From the NCBI GenBank assembly GCA_047618185.1, contig JBLHKZ010000001.1, positions 1 through 58,938 on the forward strand: DNA of 58,938 bases. Reading direction: 5' to 3'. This DNA comes from Limisphaerales bacterium. Its GTDB lineage: Bacteria; Verrucomicrobiota; Verrucomicrobiia; Limisphaerales; JAYPEY01. Position numbers and translations under genes: made by a program. This document shows, piece by piece, positions 45,174-53,534 of this stretch. Position 1 is the first letter of the stretch. Each line of letters starts with the position of its first letter. Under the pieces are notes generated by a model. It made no database searches. It had not been told where the DNA came from and was given only the letters and a program-made list of their open reading frames with translations.

Positions 45174-47903
45174 CTACTCGAAGGAACTTGGGTCTTCCTT
45201 CTTGCCCTTGGCCGCGGCGACGGCCTCAGGGTCCCCCTCCTTCACTGCCTTGATAAACAAGATGAGCGACTCAATCTGCGAGTCGGTCATCACGCCCGCG
45301 TAGCTCGGCATCGCGTATTCGCCCTTCTCAAATCCCTTAACCACCTTGGCGGTCGGATCGAGGATCGATTCCCGAAGATAAGCGACATCCGCTTTGGCCG
45401 TGGTCTTCTTTTTCTTAATCACCACCGGGCGCTCGCTGTTGAAAAGGCCGGTCCAGGTCGGCCCGACCTTGGCGACGTCCATGCCGCTGGTTGAATGGCA
45501 GGCCACGCAGCCCATCAGTCCATAAAGCCGGCGGCCTTCCTCGACCGTCACGGGGCCAGCCGCCTGCTTGGCCGCAATGCGCGGCGTTAAATCGATCGCG
45601 ATGTCGCCGAAACCCTCCGCCGTGGGATCGAACTGCGCGAGCGAATAGGGCGTGGTGTAGGCGTTGCGCTCAAAGTTTGCGCCCGCCGATGTCGCCAGCG
45701 ACCAGCCGATGCGCATTTGCATGACGGGTTTCATCTCGGGCACGGCGACGAACACGCTGCGGCGATCCTTCGAAAGATACGCCGCGCTGGCAGTGAGCCA
45801 ATCGAGACCGGGTTTGCCGTCCGCCTTGTATTGCGCCGAGCCATACTTGTGCGTGCGCTCGTAATGCCAGCTCGCCAGCGAGTAGCTGTTTGGATCGCGC
45901 GCCTTTTTGGGATTGAGCGCGACGTCGAAGCTCAACAGCACGCCCTTGTCCATCGGCGTCACTTCGCGCGGCAAGGTGACCTCCGCGCCGGTGTAACGCA
46001 CCCGCCCCATCCCGGAGAGCTTGTTCAACGCGTTGCCCCAGCCGGCGACTTGAAATCCGGCGATGTAAAGCTGGCCGTCGGCCGGATTCACCGATCCGTT
46101 GAGGGGAGGAAACTGAAATTCGGTCGTCACGCTGACCACGGACGCCTGCGGCTTGGGGCCGCGATTGTTCATCAGAATTCGAAACAACTCCGGCCGCGTG
46201 AAACCGATATGCACGAGCTGGTCGTTCAAGGCGCCCATCTTCGCGCCGAAGAGCCAAACCTGCGACATCGCCGAGGCGTTCACCGAGTGCGGCATCCAGG
46301 TCAATGGATCGGCCGGCGGCGAGGGATATCTCTCCCGCTCGTGCAGGCCGTCGGAGAGAAAGCCATAGAACTGGCCGTCGCGCACGATGTGCAGCGGCGT
46401 GCTCGGGATATACTGTCCCTGCTGGTCACCCGATGTCACCAGGCCGGTTCGCTGATTGACGCCGATGGCCGGCTGACGAAAACCGTAGCCCAGTAAAGTC
46501 GACTTGCGGCCGTCCGCCGAAACGCGCAATACGCTGCCGTTGTGTTTACCCAGCGTCGCGGACTGCTGGCCGCCCTTGGCGATGACGAATTCGCCCTTCG
46601 GCGCGAGGCGAATCGTGCTGGGAAATTCACGCATGTCGGCCGTCTGCCCAAAGGCGTTGGAAAACAATTCATGAACGTCCGCCTCGCCGTCGCCATTGGT
46701 GTCGAGCAATCGCCAGATGCCGTTTTTGTCGAACACATAAATCTGCTCGTCGCGAATCGCGCAGGTCATCGGCTCGTGCAATCCGGAAGCAAAACGTTTC
46801 CAGCGAATCTCCTTCATCGAATCGCGCAGCCCGCGCGCCAGCCAGACATCGCCGTCGAGCGTCGTCGCGACGCCGGTGCCGTCCTTGAGAAACTGAATGT
46901 CCGCGGGACGCATGTTGCGCTTCCACGGGTTCTTGTGCGGCAACGCAATGTTGTCGACGACGTATGAGGCTTTGGATTTGGACAGGGATGCGATGGTGAC
47001 CACTTCCTCCGGCCAGCGGGTTTCGGGCGCAGTTGATGGGATCTTCGGCAGGGCAACCGGCGGCGCATGGCCACTCTGCGTATGGACAATAGCGAATCGC
47101 GCCGGTGACTTGCTTGCCGCAATCTGCGCAACCCAGATTGAATTCTGTTTCGTGAGCCTGCCCAGATTCCTACGCCCTGCGGATGCGACGAGAATGACTT
47201 CTCCTGGCCCGGTTTTCCCAAGCGCGAGCAAGAGCGGAGTGTCCGAGGAAGCGAGTTCAAAATGGCGTTCCACGACAAGTTTGCCATCGGCCATCGAAGT
47301 CCTCATCCATTCGCGCACCAACGTCCCAGCGGCAGTGTATTCGAGAACCACGCCATCGCCGAACTGGCGCACCGCCTTGAAACGCCCTTGCGCCTCGGTC
47401 AAAGGGCCGCGTCCGACCTCCTCCCGGCTGGGCGCGGGCTCGCGCGGGTCTTTCAGCGAAATCGTTCCGCCCGTCTGCCAGCCGGGATAGATGCCATTGG
47501 CGATCCAGACCTTGCCGTCCGGACGCGGCAATGGATTCTGCCCTCCGCGAGTCTTTGTGCCGTCGGGGTGATACGACTTCGGCGCGAGCGCGTCAGGCGT
47601 GACGCCCTTGCCGCGCCAGATTGCAGAGACGCGAAGCAGATCCGTATCGAAGCAGGCCCAACAGTCGTTGCCCAGATTCAGAATCAGCCCGCGCGGCGTG
47701 ATGTTGTTCTTGAGCAAGTCGTCGCCTTCAACCCGTGCGTCGAGCACGGAGGAGAAGAACGGAAAATCCGCCTCCACCCAATTCGCCCAGGGAGAAGGCA
47801 CGGCGGGTTTCTTGTTTTTCTTCGCGGCGGGAGCGGCGTCGGCGCAGGCGGCAAACACCGCCACGATGAAGATCAGAACGAGAGCGCGAAATCGGGAATT
47901 CAT
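45174..47903 (-). CDS. Large secreted beta-propeller protein with C-terminal cytochrome c domain (PVC type)
   Basis: 909 aa with a signal peptide. The N-terminus reads WANWVEADFPFFSSVLDAR. The C-terminus reads GCVACHSTSG...YLRESILDPTAKVVKGF...MPSYAGVMTDSQIESLILFI. Confidence 0.85.
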   Translation of the reverse strand: MNSRFRALVLIFIVAVFAACADAAPAAKKNKKPAVPSPWANWVEADFPFFSSVLDARVEGDDLLKNNITPRGLILNLGNDCWACFDTDLLRVSAIWRGKGVTPDALAPKSYHPDGTKTRGGQNPLPRPDGKVWIANGIYPGWQTGGTISLKDPREPAPSREEVGRGPLTEAQGRFKAVRQFGDGVVLEYTAAGTLVREWMRTSMADGKLVVERHFELASSDTPLLLALGKTGPGEVILVASAGRRNLGRLTKQNSIWVAQIAASKSPARFAIVHTQSGHAPPVALPKIPSTAPETRWPEEVVTIASLSKSKASYVVDNIALPHKNPWKRNMRPADIQFLKDGTGVATTLDGDVWLARGLRDSMKEIRWKRFASGLHEPMTCAIRDEQIYVFDKNGIWRLLDTNGDGEADVHELFSNAFGQTADMREFPSTIRLAPKGEFVIAKGGQQSATLGKHNGSVLRVSADGRKSTLLGYGFRQPAIGVNQRTGLVTSGDQQGQYIPSTPLHIVRDGQFYGFLSDGLHERERYPSPPADPLTWMPHSVNASAMSQVWLFGAKMGALNDQLVHIGFTRPELFRILMNNRGPKPQASVVSVTTEFQFPPLNGSVNPADGQLYIAGFQVAGWGNALNKLSGMGRVRYTGAEVTLPREVTPMDKGVLLSFDVALNPKKARDPNSYSLASWHYERTHKYGSAQYKADGKPGLDWLTASAAYLSKDRRSVFVAVPEMKPVMQMRIGWSLATSAGANFERNAYTTPYSLAQFDPTAEGFGDIAIDLTPRIAAKQAAGPVTVEEGRRLYGLMGCVACHSTSGMDVAKVGPTWTGLFNSERPVVIKKKKTTAKADVAYLRESILDPTAKVVKGFEKGEYAMPSYAGVMTDSQIESLILFIKAVKEGDPEAVAAAKGKKEDPSSFE

Positions 47904-47948
47904 AATGGCGACAGTCTAAACGCCCGGCACGAATCTTCACGTGAAAAG

Positions 47949-48758
47949 TCACTTGTCGATAAGTTGGAAAAATCCGGAAATGCGTTTCAGGGTCTCCAGA
48001 TAGCTGTATTCAATGAAACGGAGGAGCGGCGTGCAATCAGCCAGAGAGCACTCCTCAAGAGCGTCGAGATACACATCCCGGTAGTCCGTCATGATCACAT
48101 CATAGTAATATCCGTGATAGAGCATGGCGTAGTCGCCCGCCGCCCGCGCGATGCGCCCGTTCCCGTCTTCAAACGGATGCACGTGGGCCACCAAATAGTG
48201 GACCTCGGCTGATACCCGAAGAATCTCAAGAAAGTTGGATGGAGTGACAGCCTCCGGGCCAATAAGTCGTTCATTAATTCCCTCAAGTCTCTGAAAAAGC
48301 AGTTCCTGAACTCGGGAATGATGCGGGGGCCGATGCACCATGCCCTTGATTCTCACGTCGTCCGTCCGGAATCTGCCGGCGCAGTCCGGCACACTTTCCT
48401 GAAACACCATTCGATGCATCTCCAGAAGCAGCGGCAGAGAAAACGGCGTTTTCTCCCGAGCCTGTTTCTCGAGCCAACGCAGCATTTCCTCGTGCCCCCT
48501 CACTTCTCGTTTCGCGTTATTGTAATGATCCGAAATCGATGCTTTATCAGCCACTCCCGCATTGTGGAGAAGAACCTGAAGAAAGATGCGATCGACTCGC
48601 TTGTCTTCGATCGCATTTGAATGAACTGCTTTCAGGCACCGAAGCGCGGTGAACGCCTCCTCCCGGGCGCTCGGATGCTTGTCTCCAATTTTTCTTAATC
48701 GAAAGAACACGTCGCTCAGCTCTTCTCGTTCTTTTGTGGTCAAGACAATGTAGCTCAT
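47949..48758 (-). CDS. Fic family protein (short, class II-like)
   Basis: HPFEDGNGRIARAAGDY is the Fic motif. The N-terminal inhibitory-helix-like sequence is SNAIED. Spot GC is about 47%. Confidence 0.88.
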   Translation of the reverse strand: MSYIVLTTKEREELSDVFFRLRKIGDKHPSAREEAFTALRCLKAVHSNAIEDKRVDRIFLQVLLHNAGVADKASISDHYNNAKREVRGHEEMLRWLEKQAREKTPFSLPLLLEMHRMVFQESVPDCAGRFRTDDVRIKGMVHRPPHHSRVQELLFQRLEGINERLIGPEAVTPSNFLEILRVSAEVHYLVAHVHPFEDGNGRIARAAGDYAMLYHGYYYDVIMTDYRDVYLDALEECSLADCTPLLRFIEYSYLETLKRISGFFQLIDK

Positions 48759-48904
48759 AGATTTGCGTTAGAACTGACGCATTGCGTCTTCTCGGTCAAT
48801 CATCGCCTTGTCGATTCGGAATCGGCGGTGAGGCGACCACGTCAACTTCGAGATCGCCAGTCGTTCATTGCCTGTGCACACTGTCGGTGTAGACAAGTTG
48901 CCTT

Positions 48905-50113
48905 ATGAAATCAAAGCGCTCTCCTGGAATACTAAAGACGGCCGCGACTGCGATTCTGCTGTTTGCCTTGCACTCCTCAGCAACACACGCCGCCTCGGCC
49001 AAACTCAAAGTCTTCATCCTCGCCGGGCAGTCCAATATGGAGGGCCACGCGAAGATCGAGACCTTTGACTACATCGGCGATGATCCGAAAACCGCGCCCC
49101 TGCTCAAGGAGATGCGCGGCCCGGACGGAAAGCCCCGCGTGTGCGATAACGCCTGGATTACGTATCACACCGGCATGGGCGAAAATCTCGGCGAGGGTTT
49201 CGGCAAATTGACGGCCGGCTATGGCTCACGGCGGAACCCCAAGGAAAGCGGCGGGAAGATCGGGCCCGAATTCACCTTCGGCATCTACATGGACAAGGCT
49301 CTCGGCGAGCCCGTCCTGCTCATCAAGACTGCCTGGGGCGGCAAGTCGTTGTTTCACGATTTTCGACCACCGCGCGCGGGGCCTTATCAACGCACGGATA
49401 ACGACATCAAGCGCGAGCGCCATACTGCCGAATCCACCGGCCATTATTATCGGCTGATGGTCGAACACGTTCACAAGACGCTGAAAAACATTCGCCGCAT
49501 TTATCCCGAGTACGACGAGAAGGCCGGCTACGAGATTGCTGGATTCGTCTGGTTCCAGGGATTCAACGACATGGTCAATCGCGAGGTTTATCCGATCCCG
49601 CCGAAGGACAGCAAAGCAAACCGCTTCGCGAAATACAGTGTCTGGATGACGGATCTCATTCGCGACGTTCGCAAGGATTTGAAGACGCCGAAACTGCCTT
49701 TCATCATCGGCGTGATGGGCGTCGGCGGCATGAAGGGCGCGAACGAGCACAATCTCCAGTTTCGCGAGGCGATGGCCGCGCCGGCGTCATTGCCGGAGTT
49801 CAAGGGCAACGTCACCGCCGTGCGGACAGGTCCGTTCTTTGACGAGACGTTGGGCGCCGTGGCGGAGAAGCGACAGAAACTCCGCGGGCAGAGGTCGAAA
49901 CTGAGCAAGAAGATGAAGGCCGGTGAGATGACCCGCGCAGAAGTCGATGCCGCGATGAAGAAGTTTGAGGCGGAATTAATTTCCAAGGAAGAGGCGGATC
50001 TGTTCGCGCGCGGCGCCTCGAATCAGGCCTACCATTACCTCGGCAGCGCCAAGACCTTTGCGGTGATGGGCAAGGCCTTCGCAGATGCGTTGCTGGAGCT
50101 GATGAAAAATTGA
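48905..50113 (+). CDS. Secreted sialate-O-acetylesterase-like (DUF303/SGNH-type) carbohydrate esterase
   Basis: A signal peptide is followed by KVFILAGQSNMEGH and WFQGFNDM. Confidence 0.78.
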   Translation: MKSKRSPGILKTAATAILLFALHSSATHAASAKLKVFILAGQSNMEGHAKIETFDYIGDDPKTAPLLKEMRGPDGKPRVCDNAWITYHTGMGENLGEGFGKLTAGYGSRRNPKESGGKIGPEFTFGIYMDKALGEPVLLIKTAWGGKSLFHDFRPPRAGPYQRTDNDIKRERHTAESTGHYYRLMVEHVHKTLKNIRRIYPEYDEKAGYEIAGFVWFQGFNDMVNREVYPIPPKDSKANRFAKYSVWMTDLIRDVRKDLKTPKLPFIIGVMGVGGMKGANEHNLQFREAMAAPASLPEFKGNVTAVRTGPFFDETLGAVAEKRQKLRGQRSKLSKKMKAGEMTRAEVDAAMKKFEAELISKEEADLFARGASNQAYHYLGSAKTFAVMGKAFADALLELMKN

Positions 50114-50224
50114 GAACGTCTCGGAGCAGGACACCTGGGACGGCATCCCGCTTCAGTCCTTTCGATCGAACTTGCCCGCCATTAAGAATTGTTTCAGCCC
50201 CGCTTCAATCCGCTATAGTCCGGC

Positions 50225-52036
50225 ATGCTTTCTTCTCGAACGATCTTTGCGTGCGGATTCATTGCCGGCTTGATCCTTGCCGCCTCCGCCGCTTCCGCGC
50301 GCGCCCTCGATGCCATTCCCGACAAGCTCGTCGTCCTGACCTTCGACGACTCCGTCAAATCCCATTACACCGTCGTTCGACCCATTCTGAAGAAGCACGG
50401 TTTCGGCGCGACCTTCTTCATCACCGAGGGATTCGATTTCAAGACCGACAAGCAACGCTATCTGACCTGGGAGGAAATCGCGGAACTGCATCGCGATGGA
50501 TTTGAAATCGGCAATCATACTCGCGATCACATGGGGCTCAGCCCGGGCAAACCGGAGCAATTGAAGAAACAGCTGGCGCGGCTGCCAGAGCAGATCGAGG
50601 CGATCAACGTCCGCTGCAAGGAATATGGAATTCCCCGGCCCGTCAGCTTCGCCTATCCGGGCAATGGATTTCATCCCGACGCCTTCGCGATCTTGAAAAA
50701 GGCGGGCATTCGTTTCGCGCGCCGCGGCGGAGCGCCGGAATATGACTACGCGTTGGGTCGCGGCTTTGCGTTCGAGCCCGGCGCGGACCATCCGCTGCGC
50801 GTTCCCAGCGCGGCCGACGCGCGGCCCGCCTGGACGTTTGCGGATTTCAAGCGGGGCGTCGACCAAGCGAAATTTGGACGCATCGCGGTGTTGCAGTTCC
50901 ATGGCGTTCCCGACGAACAGCATCCCTGGGTCAACACGAAGAAAGAGGATTTTGAGGAATTCATGGCCTATCTGGCGAAGAACCATTTTCGCGTGATCGC
51001 CCTGCGGGATTTGGAAAACTTTGTGAATCCAAACGTCACGCCCGCGAATCCCAACGCGGTGATCGAACGCCGAAAACAGGCCATCGCCGCAGGCGATGTG
51101 AGCCGTTATTTCGACACCCTCGCGACCGAAGGCCCGGGCCCGCGCGGATTCCCGAACACGCTTACCGCGAAGCTCGCCGTGGGACTGAAACAAATTCCCC
51201 TCGTCGACGTGAAGATTGCGGATCCCGCCGATGTTCAGATCGAACGCGGCGTCGAGTATGGCAGGGGCAGCGGTCGCCCGCTTCAGTTGGATCTCTATTC
51301 GCCAACGAGCCTCAAGACGGAGAACCCCGTGCCCGGGCTGATTTTCATTCACGGCGGGGCCTGGCGCGGAGGCAAGCGCGGCGACTACCATTTCTACGGA
51401 GTGAAATTTGCGCAACGCGGCTACGTCGTCGCGACAATCAGCTATCGGCTGCTTCGGGAAGCTCCCTTTCCCGCCGCGGTCCAGGACGCCAAGTGCGCGG
51501 TTCGCTGGATGCGCGCCAATGCCGCGAAACTGGGCGTGGATCCGGATCGAATCGCCGTCGCGGGGGGGTCGGCTGGCGGACATCTGTCGATGATGGTCGG
51601 CTATTCGTCCGACGTCGCCGAGCTCGAGGGAGCTGGCGGGCATGCCGGCGTCAGCAGCCGGGTCCAAGCGGTGGTGAATCTGTACGGACCGGCGGATTTG
51701 ACAACGCCATTTGGCGTGGAAAGTTCGTTGGTGAAGGACTTTCTGGGCGGGCGAACCTTCGCCGAAGCGCCGGAGGCTTATCGTCTGGCTTCGCCGATGA
51801 CGCACCTTTCAAGGAACGCTCCGCCGACGCTGATCTTTCACGGAACCATCGACGACACCGTGCCGATCGCGCAGGCGGATCTGCTGGCGGAGAGGCTGAA
51901 AGCGTTGGGCATTCCCTTTCGCTACGACCGACTGGACGGATGGCCGCACGCCCTTGACGTGACCCGCGTCGTTAACGAAAGGGCGCGAAAGACCATGCTG
52001 GAATTCTTCGCCGAGCATCTGGCATCCGGGCGTTGA
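50225..52036 (+). CDS. Fusion protein: polysaccharide deacetylase (CE4/NodB) domain + alpha/beta-hydrolase esterase domain
   Basis: The N-terminal half carries VVLTFDDSVKSH...HGFGATFFI...GNHTRDH. The C-terminal half carries LIFIHGGAWRGG, GGSAGGHL (GxSxG) and FHGTIDDTVP. Confidence 0.85.
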   Translation: MLSSRTIFACGFIAGLILAASAASARALDAIPDKLVVLTFDDSVKSHYTVVRPILKKHGFGATFFITEGFDFKTDKQRYLTWEEIAELHRDGFEIGNHTRDHMGLSPGKPEQLKKQLARLPEQIEAINVRCKEYGIPRPVSFAYPGNGFHPDAFAILKKAGIRFARRGGAPEYDYALGRGFAFEPGADHPLRVPSAADARPAWTFADFKRGVDQAKFGRIAVLQFHGVPDEQHPWVNTKKEDFEEFMAYLAKNHFRVIALRDLENFVNPNVTPANPNAVIERRKQAIAAGDVSRYFDTLATEGPGPRGFPNTLTAKLAVGLKQIPLVDVKIADPADVQIERGVEYGRGSGRPLQLDLYSPTSLKTENPVPGLIFIHGGAWRGGKRGDYHFYGVKFAQRGYVVATISYRLLREAPFPAAVQDAKCAVRWMRANAAKLGVDPDRIAVAGGSAGGHLSMMVGYSSDVAELEGAGGHAGVSSRVQAVVNLYGPADLTTPFGVESSLVKDFLGGRTFAEAPEAYRLASPMTHLSRNAPPTLIFHGTIDDTVPIAQADLLAERLKALGIPFRYDRLDGWPHALDVTRVVNERARKTMLEFFAEHLASGR

Positions 52037-52127
52037 CCGGGCGCGCATTTCGCGCGCTCCAACCTAGTTATCGCCAAAAAAAGCCGCGACTTGCGTCGCG
52101 GCTTTCTTGTCAGATTTGGGGAGGAAC

Positions 52128-53462
52128 TTAGTTCACCTTGATCAGCTCGATCTCGAAGATCAGCATCGCGGCGGGCGGGATTGAACCCGGCCGGCCCTGC
52201 GGGCCGTAGGCCAGCTGGTAGGGAATGAAGAGTCTCCACTTGTCGCCTTCCTTCATCAATTGAAGGGCCTCGGTCCAGCCCTTGATGACGCCGGTCACGG
52301 GAAAAGTGGCGGGCGTTCCGCGATCGACCGAGCTGTCGAACTTCGTGCCGTCCACCAGGGTCCCGGTGTAGTGCGTGGTGACCTTGTCGGCGGTCGTCGG
52401 AGTCTTGCCATTGCCGGACTTGATGACCTCGTACTGCAGGCCGCTCTTGGTCACGGTGACGCCCTTTTTCTTCTTGTTGGCTTCCAGGAAATCCTCGCCA
52501 GCCTTGGCCAACAACTTGGCTTCGGCTTCCTTCTTGACCTTCGCCTCCGCCTGAAACGCGGTCATGATCGATTTGCTGTCCTCCTCCGAAATCTGGGAGG
52601 GTTGCTTGGCCAGCCCTGCCTTAAGCGCCGCGACAAAAATATTGGCGTCGGCGTCAATGCCGTCGCGCACGATGCCGGAGCCGATGTTATTGCCGATGAC
52701 CGAGCTGACCGTTTTGGTCTGCTCCTTTGACATCGCCGACGCGGCGGGCGCGTCCGGTTGTCGTTTGGCCATCATGTGCTGCTGAAAGGCCGTCATGGCA
52801 GCCTGTTGCTCCTGCGGCGACACCTTGGAGGGTTGTTTCGCGAGAGCGCCCTTGATCGCGGCGGTAAGCGCGGTTTCGTCGAGGCCGAGCGCGTCTTTAG
52901 CAATGCTTGAGCCAATGTTATGACCAATGACATAACTGACCTTTTGAATTGTGCTGTTCAACTGGACGGGCTTGGCGCTGGTCGGGGGCGAAGCGGGTGG
53001 CGTTGTTTTCACCGGAGCTTTGGCCGCGACCTCGACCGACTTCAATTTACTGGAGGCCACGGCGGCGGGTTTTGGCGCGGCCACTGGCGAAGCGGGCGGC
53101 GTTGTTTTCACCGGAGCTTTGGCCGCGACCTCGACCGACTTCCCTTTGCTGGAGGCCACGGCGGCGGGTTTTGGCGCGGCCACTGGCGGAGCGGGCGGCG
53201 TTGTTTTCACCGGAGCTTTGGCCGCGACCTCGACAGACTTCAATTTACTGGAGGCCACGGCGGCGGGTTTTGGCGCGGGCTCTGGCGAAGCTGGCGGCGT
53301 TATTTCCACCGGAGCTTTGGCGGCAGGTTCTGGCGCGGGCGCGGGCTCTGGTTTGTCGCCGCAACCAATGGTCAGCGCAATTGAGGTGAGGGTGAGGGCC
53401 GCGAGGAAACGGGATTCGTTTCTCAGGCGTTCGAAGGGTGCGGTTCGGCTATTTAGTTTCAT
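52128..53462 (-). CDS. FKBP-type peptidyl-prolyl isomerase lipoprotein (FkpA/Mip-like) with repeat-expanded N-terminus
   Basis: Lipobox TIGC, then 33-aa Pro/Ala/Lys repeats, two FKBP_N-like helices, and a C-terminal LQYEVIKSGNG...THYTGTLVDGTKFDSS...GVIKGWTEAL..M..G.KW.L.IP..LAYG. Confidence 0.9.
   Translation of the reverse strand: MKLNSRTAPFERLRNESRFLAALTLTSIALTIGCGDKPEPAPAPEPAAKAPVEITPPASPEPAPKPAAVASSKLKSVEVAAKAPVKTTPPAPPVAAPKPAAVASSKGKSVEVAAKAPVKTTPPASPVAAPKPAAVASSKLKSVEVAAKAPVKTTPPASPPTSAKPVQLNSTIQKVSYVIGHNIGSSIAKDALGLDETALTAAIKGALAKQPSKVSPQEQQAAMTAFQQHMMAKRQPDAPAASAMSKEQTKTVSSVIGNNIGSGIVRDGIDADANIFVAALKAGLAKQPSQISEEDSKSIMTAFQAEAKVKKEAEAKLLAKAGEDFLEANKKKKGVTVTKSGLQYEVIKSGNGKTPTTADKVTTHYTGTLVDGTKFDSSVDRGTPATFPVTGVIKGWTEALQLMKEGDKWRLFIPYQLAYGPQGRPGSIPPAAMLIFEIELIKVN
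52987..53320. repeat. Coding 99-bp tandem repeat (about 3.4 copies)
   Basis: The unit start ggcg(a/g)agc(g/t)gg(t/c)ggcgtt recurs at 52987, 53086, 53185 and 53284, an exact 99-bp period. It encodes KSVEVAAKAPVKTTPPA.P.AAPKPAAVASSK. Confidence 0.93.
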
Positions 53463-53534
53463 CGGAAAGCCGGGACACTAGCGCCGTTCAGGCCGTCGGA
53501 ACAATCGAAAACGACGCCTCTTCTTTTAACGGCG

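Noticed and set aside
50213-51805. A 530-aa minus-strand ORF.
   Set aside because: It is antisense to the CE4/esterase fusion gene, which has clear catalytic motifs.
52920-53481. Three overlapping plus-strand ORFs with periodic repeats, and the possibility that the 99-bp periodicity is a CRISPR array.
   Set aside because: The repeats are contiguous without unique spacers. They lie inside the FKBP lipoprotein gene in frame (33-aa units). The plus-strand ORFs are antisense readings of those repeats.
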